NCBI GenBank assembly: GCA_965248835.1
Contig: CBDFLJ010000002.1
Span: 1,856,001-1,920,000, forward strand
Length of the DNA: 64,000 bases
Source: Alphaproteobacteria bacterium
GTDB lineage: Bacteria > Pseudomonadota > Alphaproteobacteria > MPNO01
Reading direction: 5' to 3'
The position numbers were made by a program, and so were the translations under genes. Each line of letters begins with the position of its first letter. Positions within the stretch are counted from its first letter, which is position 1. Of the stretch, positions 18,537 to 27,529 are shown piece after piece. The notes below the pieces were generated by a model. The model ran no database searches, was not told the origin of the DNA, and saw only the letters and a list, made by a program, of their open reading frames with translations.

Positions 18537-18986
18537 GTGCCGATGCGCTTGCCAACGGTCCTGATCGGAATTGCCCTCGGCCTCGCGCTGAGCCAGGCGG
18601 CGGCTGCCCAGAAGCCCGCCCCTGCGGCCACATCGGCCGGCAAGATATCCATCGAGCTCAACAAGCTGGAAGAAAAGCAAGGCAGTTGCCGGCTTTATCT
18701 AGTGATCCGTAACCGCACGGCGAAGGATGTGAAGAACCTCGAGCTCGACGTGTTCATCTTCGACCGCAACGACGTCATCACCCGCCGGGTCGGGCTGAAC
18801 ACCCGCCGGCTCAAGCCGTCGCGGATCTACGTGCGCCTGTTCGACATCACCAAGGTGACGTGCTCGGGCATAGCAAGGCTGGTGCTGAATGAGGTCCTGT
18901 CCTGCACCTCGACCGCCGGTGCCGCGATCGACTGCGAGGACGACCTTGCGCTGAGCAGCCGGGCGCGGGCGACGTTCCAAGACTGA
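18537..18986 (+). CDS. Secreted conserved hypothetical protein (alphaproteobacterial, Cys-containing)
   Basis: Signal peptide; ISIELNKLE...CRLYLV and LFDI...C...VLNEVLSC pattern with 4 Cys. Confidence 0.7.
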   Translation: MPMRLPTVLIGIALGLALSQAAAAQKPAPAATSAGKISIELNKLEEKQGSCRLYLVIRNRTAKDVKNLELDVFIFDRNDVITRRVGLNTRRLKPSRIYVRLFDITKVTCSGIARLVLNEVLSCTSTAGAAIDCEDDLALSSRARATFQD

Positions 18987-19095
18987 CGCGGCCGGGCATA
19001 TTGGTAGCCGACGGCCGGCCCTCCGGTTATCCTTTACGGCGCTTCATCGGCGTGTCGGTGAGGTGGGATGGACCGGGCCGGGAGCCCCGCCGAGG

Positions 19096-19911
19096 ATGAT
19101 CGAATCGCCCAACCCGACCGTGAAAGCGTCCGTCGACGGCGGCGTCTGCACGATCACGCTCAACCGGCCCGACGCGCTCAACGCCCTGGACCGCGACATG
19201 GCGGCAGCGCTTGTCGCCGTGACGCGGGCGGCGGAGGCCGATGACGGCGTCCGCGCGGTGCTGATCCGCGGCGCGGGCGAGCACTTCATGGCTGGCGGCG
19301 ACATCAAGACGTTCTCGAACTGGCTCGCGGAGCTGCCGGACCGGTCCCAGCGCCGCGACAGGTTCGAGTCCTTCATTCACGAGGTCCATCCCTGCATCCT
19401 CGCTATCACCGCCATGCCCAAGCCGGTCCTCGCCGCCGTCCGCGGCGCGGTCGCCGGGTTCGGGATGAGCCTGATGATGGCCTGCGACATGGCGCTGGCG
19501 GCCGAGGATTCGGTGTTCACGCTGGCCTATTGTCATATCGGCACCAGCCCGGACGGGTCATCGACCTACATGCTGCCGCGCGCGGTCGGCAGCAAGCGCG
19601 CCTTCGAGATCGCCTGCCTCGGCGAGCGGTTCGGCGCGGACGAGGCCAGGCAGATCGGGTTGATCAACCGCGTGGTGGAGTCCTCCGGCCTCGACGCCGA
19701 GGCCGGAGGACTCGCGGCCCGGCTGGCGGCCGGCCCGACGCTGGCCTATGCCAAGACAAAGGCCTTGCTGAACGCATCGCCCCATCGCGGCCTGGAGAAC
19801 CAGCTTGCCGCCGAGGCGGCGGCGTTCGGCGAATGTGCCGCGGGCGAGGACTTCGCCGAGGGGTTGGCGGCCTTCCTCGCCAAGCGCGCGGCGCGCTTCA
19901 TCGGCCGCTGA
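19096..19911 (+). CDS. Enoyl-CoA hydratase/isomerase (crotonase, PaaG-like)
   Basis: LNRPDALNAL, FMAGGDI, PKPVLAAVRG and IGTSPDG motifs. Confidence 0.9.
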   Translation: MIESPNPTVKASVDGGVCTITLNRPDALNALDRDMAAALVAVTRAAEADDGVRAVLIRGAGEHFMAGGDIKTFSNWLAELPDRSQRRDRFESFIHEVHPCILAITAMPKPVLAAVRGAVAGFGMSLMMACDMALAAEDSVFTLAYCHIGTSPDGSSTYMLPRAVGSKRAFEIACLGERFGADEARQIGLINRVVESSGLDAEAGGLAARLAAGPTLAYAKTKALLNASPHRGLENQLAAEAAAFGECAAGEDFAEGLAAFLAKRAARFIGR

Positions 19912-19929
19912 GCCGGTCCCGGACGCGCT

Positions 19930-21408
19930 CTATTCGGCGGCCTCGGAGCGGCCGGCCGAGGGCGACTCGTAGCTGTCCAGAACGGTCTTGACGATCCCGC
20001 GCATCTCATCCCACGGGCAGTTCGCATAGCTGTAATGGGTATTGATGAAAGCCGGGCCGGCGTAGAAGCGCTCGTACTGGGAATGGCGTCCGGCGAAGTC
20101 CGAGCCGAGCAGGTCCCAGGCGAGCTTCATGAACTTCATGCGCTCGACCGCCGACTGTCCGGGGACCGACCAATAGGTCTCGAACTGCGCCAGCAGCTTG
20201 GGGTCGTCGACCACCGAGAGGTCGGCCGGCATCTGGAAGGGACCGGCGCCCAGCAGTTCGCGCACGATCTCGCAGATCTCGTGATAGTTGTGGGTGCACC
20301 AGTGCAGCGCCGCATACATCGCGCGCCGGTTGACGGTCAGATATCCCGGCACGATCTCCTCGGCCGCCTGAATCTGGCCGTGGATCATCGCGCCCAGCCC
20401 CGCCTCCATCGCCGCCAGCCTGCCGAGCGTGCCCTGGACGGCCTGGATGTGGCCGACGCCGTTGATCTCCGTCATCTGGCTGGCAATGCCGATGATCAGC
20501 TTCAACTTCTCCCAGAACCGGACATTGGACTGGTGATTGCCCATCGCGTGGCTCGGCGTGTCGAAATAGATGTCGCGCGACAGGGCTGCATCGTCGTGGA
20601 TGAAGACCCTCTCCCACGGCACATGCACGTCCTCGAAGATGACCATCGAATCGGTCTCGTCGAACCGCGATGAAAGGGGGTTGTCGAACGTCGAGACCGC
20701 GTAGCGCTCGAACGGCTTGCGCGACCAGATCGAGACGCCGGGCGCGTTCAGGGCCACCGCACAGGTGATCGACTCCTTGCCTTGGTCCGGCGCCAGCGGC
20801 AGCAAATTGCCGACCCATGTATCGTCGGCGAAAATCGCCGAGGTGCCGAGCATCTTCATGCCGTTCAGCCACACGCCCGCATCGTCTTCGGCGGTGACGC
20901 GCAGCGTCGGAACCTGCAGGCCTTCGCGCTGGTAGAGGTCGGGTTTGCGTGCGCCCTGCGGCGGCAGGACGGTGTAGCAGGCAAACAGATCCTCGCGGCG
21001 CATCTTGTCTTGATAGGCGACCAGGTTGTCGCCGAAGCCGGTGCGGTTGGCTTCGAAGATCTCCGGCCGCATCGCAAGCCCGGTGACGAAGGACGCCACG
21101 TGGTCGGGCGACCGGCCGAGCAGGCCGCACGACCAGGCGGCGATCCGGCGGTGGGTCTCCATCCGCTTGACCAGGTCCTGCGTGGTCCTGGGCATGAGGA
21201 ACCACGAGGTGTAGCGTGCGCCGGATTCCTCGAAGGACATCACCTCGATGTTCTCCGGATCGCGCTTGCGGTCGTACAGCATCGCAAAGGAGGCCGCGGC
21301 GTTGCGGAAGGCGGGATGGGTGGTCACGTCCTCGACCAGCTCGCCGCCGATATAGACCCTGCGGCCGTCGCGCAGGCTCTCCAGATAGTCCGCGCCGGTC
21401 CTCAACAT
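19930..21408 (-). CDS. 4-hydroxyphenylacetate 3-hydroxylase (HpaB) family oxygenase
   Basis: YLESLRDGR, GRSPDH, SRFDETD and RHSQYERFYAG motifs. Confidence 0.9.
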   Translation of the reverse strand: MLRTGADYLESLRDGRRVYIGGELVEDVTTHPAFRNAAASFAMLYDRKRDPENIEVMSFEESGARYTSWFLMPRTTQDLVKRMETHRRIAAWSCGLLGRSPDHVASFVTGLAMRPEIFEANRTGFGDNLVAYQDKMRREDLFACYTVLPPQGARKPDLYQREGLQVPTLRVTAEDDAGVWLNGMKMLGTSAIFADDTWVGNLLPLAPDQGKESITCAVALNAPGVSIWSRKPFERYAVSTFDNPLSSRFDETDSMVIFEDVHVPWERVFIHDDAALSRDIYFDTPSHAMGNHQSNVRFWEKLKLIIGIASQMTEINGVGHIQAVQGTLGRLAAMEAGLGAMIHGQIQAAEEIVPGYLTVNRRAMYAALHWCTHNYHEICEIVRELLGAGPFQMPADLSVVDDPKLLAQFETYWSVPGQSAVERMKFMKLAWDLLGSDFAGRHSQYERFYAGPAFINTHYSYANCPWDEMRGIVKTVLDSYESPSAGRSEAAE

Positions 21409-21427
21409 CGGTAATCTCCCCGGTCGT

Positions 21428-22387
21428 TCAATGGGCGCCGACCGGCGGTGTGCTGCGCACCGGCCAGGGCTTGTCGGAGACGACGGCCGGCCGTACCGCG
21501 ATCTCGTCGGCGATGTCGATGACCATCAGGTCGTAGCCGATCTCGACCCATCCGTCGAAGGACTCCTTGACCTGCTCGAGCGCCGGGCCGACGACATCGT
21601 CGTTGTTGTACATGTGATAGATCACACCGAGGCGCGGCCGGGCCTCGGCCATCACCGCGCCGGCCTCGCGCGGGGCCGTATGGATGTCCTCGGCGATGAT
21701 CCGGGCCAGCGCGATCGGCCGTCCCGCCTTCTGCGCGTAGACCTCGACCGGCGGAAACGCCTCGTGGATCAGCAGGTCAACGCCGGCGGCCTGCTCGATC
21801 AGGGCGGGGCATTTCTTGGTATCGCCGGAAAAGACCATCGTGCGTCCGGCGTAATCGATGCGGAAGCCGAAGGTGTTGTGCGGCGGGGTGTGCAGGACCT
21901 CGAACGCGCTCAGGCGCACGCCGTCCTCCTGCCAGACCACGCCTTCGGCGTATTCGCGCGCCTCGAGCTCGGAGCCGTCGAGGGTCTCGAACACCCTGCG
22001 CCTGGTCTCGATATCCCAGGCATAGATGCCGCGCAGATGCTCGACGATCCGGGCGGTGCCCGGCGGGCCCCAGACCCGCAGCGGACGCCGCCTGCCATAG
22101 GTCCAGCCGCCGATCCAGAACTGATCCAGCCCGCCGATATGATCGACGTGGTGATGGGTGAGAAAGACCTTGTCCACCGCATCGAACGGGATCTCCAGCG
22201 AGGTGAAGTTCGCCGGCGCGCCCGGCCCGACATCCAGCAGGAACTTCTGCGTCCCCGCCTCCACCAGGACCCCGGCGGACGCCTGGTCGCGGCGCGGAAA
22301 CGGCGTTCCGGTCCCCAGCAGCGTGACCCGCATCGCATCGCCGGCGAGCGGCTCGCCGGGATAGAAAAAATGCCTGGAGTGCGCCAT
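21428..22387 (-). CDS. MBL-fold metallo-hydrolase (RNase Z/arylsulfatase AtsA-like)
   Basis: LLGTGTP, THHHVDH, SGDT, LLIHE and HT motifs. Confidence 0.85.
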   Translation of the reverse strand: MAHSRHFFYPGEPLAGDAMRVTLLGTGTPFPRRDQASAGVLVEAGTQKFLLDVGPGAPANFTSLEIPFDAVDKVFLTHHHVDHIGGLDQFWIGGWTYGRRRPLRVWGPPGTARIVEHLRGIYAWDIETRRRVFETLDGSELEAREYAEGVVWQEDGVRLSAFEVLHTPPHNTFGFRIDYAGRTMVFSGDTKKCPALIEQAAGVDLLIHEAFPPVEVYAQKAGRPIALARIIAEDIHTAPREAGAVMAEARPRLGVIYHMYNNDDVVGPALEQVKESFDGWVEIGYDLMVIDIADEIAVRPAVVSDKPWPVRSTPPVGAH

Positions 22388-22575
22388 CGCCGCCTTCGTT
22401 CCTGAACGGACGGCACTCGAAACCGGGCCGGACCGCGCCCGAACCTAGAGGGACCGGCACCCGCGGTGCAAGCACCGGTCGGCGCGGGCGGTCGATCGTT
22501 GTGGCAATTGCTTGTCCCGACGATCACAATGACCTTTGGCCTGCCGCCAGCGATTGGAGAGGACCTGTTCACGCC

Positions 22576-23688
22576 ATGAGCGAGGACGAACGGCGCATCC
22601 TGCGCCGCGACCGGCGTCCCCACCTCCTGCGCCCGGTGCGCTTTCGATCGGTCGGCGCGCGCAACCGGATCATGATGTCGCCGATGTGCCAGTATTCGGC
22701 GGCCGAGGGCGCGGCCGATGACTGGCACCTCGTCCATCTCGGCGCGCGCGCGGTGGGCGGCGCGGGGATCGTCTTCACCGAGGCCACCCATGTCGAGCCG
22801 CGCGGCAGGATAACCCCGGGCTGCCTCGGCCTGTGGAACGACGGCCAGCGCGATGCGCTTGCCCGGATCGCCCGCTTCATCGAAGCCCAGGGTGCGGTGC
22901 CGGGGCTGCAGCTCGCCCATGCCGGGCGCAAGGCCTCGGTCAGCAGGCCGTGGGAGGGCACCCGGCCGCTCGCCCCCGCCGAGGGCGGCTGGCCGGTGAT
23001 CGGCCCCTCGGCGCTCGCCTTCGACACCGGCCACCCGGTGCCCGAAGCGCTCGACCAGGCAGGGATCGACGCGACGCTGGCGGCCTTCGCAACCGCCGCC
23101 GCCCGGGGCCGGCAGGCCGGCTTCAAGATCATCGAGCTGCACTGCGCACACGGCTATCTCGCCCACGCGTTCCTGTCGCCGCTCAGCAACGCCCGCACCG
23201 ACCTCTATGGCGGCGATGGGCCGGCGCGGCAGCGCTTCGTGCTGGAGCTGGTCGAGGCGGTGCGCAGCGAATGGCCGGACGATTTGCCGCTGTTCGTGCG
23301 GATCTCCTGCACCGACTGGGTCGACGGCGGCTGGGACCTTGCCGGCAGCGTGGCGCTCGCCAAGGCGCTCGAACGCACGGGGCTGGTCGACCTGATCGAC
23401 TGCTCGAGCGGCGGCAACGATCCGCGCCAGCAGATCCCGACCCACCCGGGCTATCAGGTCCCGTTCGCCGAGGCGATCCGGCGCGAGGCCGGGATTGCCA
23501 CCGCCGCGGTGGGGCTGCTGCACAGCCCCGACGGGGCGGAGGAGATCATCGCCAACGGGCGCGCCGACCTGGTGGTGCTCGGCCGCGCCATGCTGGCCGA
23601 CCCGTACTGGGCCCTGCACGCCGCACGCAGCCTGCGCGCCACCGATGCCGCTTGGCCGGTCCAGTACGAACGCGCCGATATTTTTTAG
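22576..23688 (+). CDS. OYE family NADH:flavin oxidoreductase (YqjM/NamA-like)
   Basis: SPMCQYS, HCAHGYL, PGYQVPFA and WPVQYER motifs. Confidence 0.9.
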   Translation: MSEDERRILRRDRRPHLLRPVRFRSVGARNRIMMSPMCQYSAAEGAADDWHLVHLGARAVGGAGIVFTEATHVEPRGRITPGCLGLWNDGQRDALARIARFIEAQGAVPGLQLAHAGRKASVSRPWEGTRPLAPAEGGWPVIGPSALAFDTGHPVPEALDQAGIDATLAAFATAAARGRQAGFKIIELHCAHGYLAHAFLSPLSNARTDLYGGDGPARQRFVLELVEAVRSEWPDDLPLFVRISCTDWVDGGWDLAGSVALAKALERTGLVDLIDCSSGGNDPRQQIPTHPGYQVPFAEAIRREAGIATAAVGLLHSPDGAEEIIANGRADLVVLGRAMLADPYWALHAARSLRATDAAWPVQYERADIF

Positions 23689-23701
23689 AGTATAGCCGGG
23701 G

Positions 23702-24871
23702 TCAGGACATTTCCGGCCGGTCGACCAGCATCGCCTCGGGCGCGGCCGGGTCGCGCCGGCGGCGCTGCGCCTCGTCGGTCTCGCCGTAGAAGAACCCGAA
23801 AACGCCGATCCGCCGGCCCTCGGTCACCGGCAAAGCCTCGTGCAGCAGGCTGCAGGAAAAGATCACCGCGCCGCCGCGCGCGACATCGAAGATCTGTGCG
23901 CCGTATTCCGGGAAGCGCAGCTCTCCGCCGCGGTATTCGCCGGTATTGAGGTTCAGCGACATCGCGAACTGGCGATGGCTGGTTGCCGGGGTGGTATCGT
24001 CGCGATGCGGTTTGAAATGTCCGCGCTCGCGCGCATCGTAGCCGCCGATGCGCAGGGTCTCGGCGCGGGTGACGCGAAACTTGAACGCCCTGGCGACCTC
24101 CGGGAAGAGCCGGCGCTGGAACAGCTTCACCAGCGCCCCCGCCTCGGCGCCGTCATTGGCGAGGTAGACGTCGCCGCGCCGCTTGATGTCGGTATCGACG
24201 ACCGCCCCGCCGGCTCCGGCTGCCCGGGACACGGTCCCGCGTATCTTCTCGCTCGCCTCCCAACAGCCGACCAGCCGGGCGCAATGGTCCCGGTCCAACA
24301 GCTCCGGCACGACCAGCACCGGCGCCAGCCGATCGGCGACCACCCGGACCGGCGGCGGACGGGCGGCGCACGCGCGGAGTGCGGCTTTGGCGTGGCTCGG
24401 TCCGGAATCGGGTCCGAAGATCCTCTCGATGCGGCGGTTCTCGTCGACTAGGACGGTCGCGAAAGACGGCGGCTTGGCGGTGCGCGCCTTGCGGCCGCCC
24501 GGCGGCGGCCCGGCGAGCCCGAGCGCCGCGCCGGTCGAGAACGTCGGATCGCTCAGGACAGGGACGGCGAGTCCGAGCCTGCGGCTCAGGGCGGCATTGT
24601 CGGCCGGGCTCCGCGGCGACAGCACGAGTGCCAGCGCGCCGGCCTCGGCGAATGCCGGTGCGAGCTCGGAGAACCGGGCAAGCTCGGCCTCGGCCGCCCG
24701 TTCCGCCCGGGCGCCCAGCACCAGCAGCACCAGCTTGCGGCCGGCGAACCGGTCGGCGGAGATCGGGAACTCGCGGCCGTCGAGCCCGAACCAGGCCGGC
24801 GCCGTCAACGGCTCGCCGGGAACGAGCCCGGCCTGCACCCCGGGTGCCGGCACTGTCGGGCCGAGAGACAT
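23702..24871 (-). CDS. Redoxin (AhpC-like) domain fused to 2OG-Fe(II) oxygenase
   Basis: N-terminal thioredoxin-fold pattern (VPVLSDP); C-terminal HRD, GGELRFPE and LLHEALPVTEGRR motifs. Confidence 0.8.
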   Translation of the reverse strand: MSLGPTVPAPGVQAGLVPGEPLTAPAWFGLDGREFPISADRFAGRKLVLLVLGARAERAAEAELARFSELAPAFAEAGALALVLSPRSPADNAALSRRLGLAVPVLSDPTFSTGAALGLAGPPPGGRKARTAKPPSFATVLVDENRRIERIFGPDSGPSHAKAALRACAARPPPVRVVADRLAPVLVVPELLDRDHCARLVGCWEASEKIRGTVSRAAGAGGAVVDTDIKRRGDVYLANDGAEAGALVKLFQRRLFPEVARAFKFRVTRAETLRIGGYDARERGHFKPHRDDTTPATSHRQFAMSLNLNTGEYRGGELRFPEYGAQIFDVARGGAVIFSCSLLHEALPVTEGRRIGVFGFFYGETDEAQRRRRDPAAPEAMLVDRPEMS

Positions 24872-24946
24872 CGCCCAGCGCTCCGCCGTCAGGATCGAAC
24901 GGCGGCGATCCTAGCCGGGCGCGCCGGGCCGGACAAGCCGGCCGGC

Positions 24947-25250
24947 TCATCGATCATGCTCCCTGCGCCCTCGGCGATGCGGCCGAGAAGCTGTTTCGCC
25001 AGCCGCCGCGGGGCGGGTCGGGGCAAGCTGGCCGTGGCGCCCGATCGCCAAGCGCTTGTTCGGCGCCTTGCGGCCGCCATCGCCGGCACGATAGTTGACG
25101 ATGAAGGTTTTGACGCCCGAAGGCTGCACCCTGACGCCGAAACCGACGAGCTTGTCGTCCCAGGCGATCCAGGGCTTGTCGGCCGGGACCAGCGGGTCTA
25201 CCGCGCGTTTGGTCAACGCCGGCTTGACCTTCGGGACCGGTTTGCCCGAC
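24947..25250 (-). pseudogene. Tyrosine integrase N-terminal arm-DNA-binding domain (DUF4102) remnant
   Basis: LTKRAVD...WDDKLVGFGVRVQPSGVKTFIVNYR...KRLAIGRHG, then degenerates; no catalytic domain. Confidence 0.82.
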
Positions 25251-25365
25251 CGCGTTTTCACGCCGGAGGCAATCACCGGGTTTGCTCGACACGCGTTTTC
25301 ACGCCGGCACGGGTTTGGCAACGGGTTTGGCACAGGGTTTGGCACGGGTTTGGCACGGGTTTGGA
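25236..25365. repeat. Direct-repeat cluster: 2 x about 32 bp plus 5 x GGGTTTGGCA (11-12 bp period)
   Basis: ACCG(G)GTTTGCyCGAC(A)CGCGTTTTCACGCCGG at 25236 and 25275; GGGTTTGG(C/A)A at 25311, 25323, 25335, 25346 and 25357. Confidence 0.88.
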
Positions 25366-25444
25366 ATTTTCAAGCCAACACCGGCATGCGCGCGCGAGGC
25401 ATGGCCGCAACAATCGGCCGTCCGCGGCGGCAGGTCGGGAACTT

Positions 25445-25462
25445 TGTTGCAAACAAGCAACA
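25445..25462. promoter_or_regulatory. Palindromic operator candidate upstream of porin
   Basis: TGTTGC-N6-GCAACA, about 145 bp upstream of the porin ATG. Confidence 0.4.
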
Positions 25463-25607
25463 TTGCGCCGGGAATCGCGCAGCCTCGGCGCGGGGTGAAT
25501 TGACCCTCTTCCCCGCTGCAGGTTATCAATTCGATGCAGGCACGTGGTCGGCGGTCTTCGCTATCCGTGCGGCACCACGTAAACAGGTTGCGTTCCAAGG
25601 AGGGGCA

Positions 25608-26815
25608 ATGAAAAAGCAGTTCATGAAAACGACCGCGCTGGTCGCCGCCGCACTGATCGGCGGCGTCGGCTCGGCAGCGCTGGCGCAGGACAAGATGCAG
25701 GCCAACAAGCCGATGATGAGCCTCGGCGGGTATTACAGGGCGACATCGGCTTCCCGATCAACAACGTGATGGCGCGGCCAAGCATTCGACGATCGACTAC
25801 CACGCCGAGTCGGAGGTCCACTTCAACGGCGCGGTCAAGCTCGACAACGGCGTCTCGATCAGGGTGCGCTGGGAGCTCGAAGGCGATGCCGACGGCTCGC
25901 CGGCGCCCAATTCCTCTGCGCACAACCATGGTATCGATGCCGATAAAGACGGCGAATTAAGTGACACCGAAGCCGACGCCGCTGAGGAGGCGGAGGTAAA
26001 CTCCGTGGTCGGCCGCGACCCGATCGACGAGGTCCTATGTGACGGTCTCGGGTGCCTTCGGCCAGTTCATCCTGGGCTCGACCGACAACGCGGCGTACAA
26101 GATGCACACCGGCTATAGTGGAAGCTGGGCGACCGCCGTCGCTCAGAACCCCACCTTCGACGCCTGGGAATGGACGGCGACCAAACCGGCCGCGTTCGCC
26201 ACGACGCGCGATTCGCGGGCCTCCAGCTTCGATGGCGATGCCGAGAAGATCAGCTACTTCACGCCGCGCGTGTCGGGCTTACAGGTCGGCTTCAGCTACA
26301 CGCCGAACACCCGCGAGCAGGACACCGATGATTCAGGTAAGATGGCCGACGCCGTGGGCAGCTATCACAACGGCATCGCCGTCGGCGTCAACTACACTAG
26401 CAAGTTCGACATGGCTTCGATCGCCGTCGCCGGCGGCTATGTCAGCGTCGAGGCGCCGACGGGCGAGGACGAGAAAGACCCCGTGCTTTGGGTGGCCGCT
26501 ATTCGTGTCGATGCCGGACCGGTGCGCGTCGCCGCCGGATACAAGAATATCACCGAAGGCTCTCTGCGGCCGCAGGGCAGGATATACGATCTCGGCGCCC
26601 GCTACTCGATGGGGCCGAACCGGTGGAGCCTGACCTACTCCCACGGCAAGGAGAAGGAGTCCAACGACTCGTCGCAGGTCGGGATGCTGGGGTTTGCCCG
26701 CACGCTCGGCCCCGGCACAAGATGGCATGCCAACCTGATCTACAACAAGTCCAACTTGGATGGAAACAGCGACAACGCCTGGGCCTTTGCCACCGGCATC
26801 CGGGTCGGTTTCTGA
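25608..26815 (+). pseudogene. Alphaproteobacterial general porin, frameshifted (pseudogene or sequencing indels)
   Basis: AGGAGG RBS; MKKQFMKTTAL signal; SEVHFNG..KLDNG..ELEG and AEKISYFTPR motifs; C-terminal Phe. Pieces lie in different frames, with shifts near 25740, 25767 and 26035. Confidence 0.85.
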
Positions 26816-26840
26816 TCCCAACGCCGAGACACGACCCACC

Positions 26841-26870
26841 GAAGGGCGGCGCAAGCCGCCCTTCTCTTTT
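26841..26870 (+). terminator. Rho-independent terminator of porin gene
   Basis: GAAGGGCGGC-GCAA-GCCGCCCTTC followed by TCTTTT. Confidence 0.85.
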
Positions 26871-26910
26871 CGTGCCCGTCGCGCCGCGGCGGCCGGGCGC
26901 AGCAACGGAG

Positions 26911-27357
26911 CTACCCGACTGCGCCGGCGGCGATCGCGCGACCGTGGCGGATGATCCGCCGGGTCTCCTGCCAGAGCGGGATGTCCTCGATCCCGGCGAC
27001 CGCGGCCCAGCGGACCGCAGCCACATCGCTCGCCGCGCGGGCGGTGCCCGACACCCAGATTGCGGCGAAATCGACCAGGGTGTAGTGATAGCGCACGCCG
27101 CCGGCATCGTCGCGGGTGATGCCGTCGACGACATCGATCAGCCCGGCGATCCGCGCCTCGAGGCCGGTCTCCTCGTGCAGCTCGCGCAGCGCCGCTTCGC
27201 GGACGGTCTCGCCGAGCTCCTGCGCGCCGCCGGGGATGCTCCAGCGGTCCGAGACCGGCGGCTTGGCGCGCTTGACCAGCAAGACCTCATCGCCGCGGAA
27301 GACGGCGACGCCGACGCCGACGAAGGGTCGGTCGGGGTAGGACCGGTCCTCGCTCAC
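26911..27357 (-). CDS. NUDIX hydrolase
   Basis: Nudix box PGGAQELGETVREAALRELHEETGL; GTG start. Confidence 0.9.
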   Translation of the reverse strand: MSEDRSYPDRPFVGVGVAVFRGDEVLLVKRAKPPVSDRWSIPGGAQELGETVREAALRELHEETGLEARIAGLIDVVDGITRDDAGGVRYHYTLVDFAAIWVSGTARAASDVAAVRWAAVAGIEDIPLWQETRRIIRHGRAIAAGAVG

Positions 27358-27529
27358 GCCTTCCGGCCCGGTTTCGCAATCATCGGTGATCTCCCATCCG
27401 GCCGGAGGCGGTCGTATTGACGCCGCCGCGCGGGCGCCGCTAGGGTGCCGGCCGGCCCGGGCAGCAATGCCTGAAAATCCAGGCCATTCCAAGGCAATTC
27501 GGCCCGCGGGGCCGGGCGAGGGAGCGCGT

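Noticed and set aside
22502-22517. Sigma54-like TGGCAATTGCTTG upstream of the OYE
   Set aside because: GG-N10-GC spacing is not met.
25311-25365. Short repeats as a CRISPR array or plasmid iterons
   Set aside because: 10-bp units without unique spacers; no cas or rep gene nearby.
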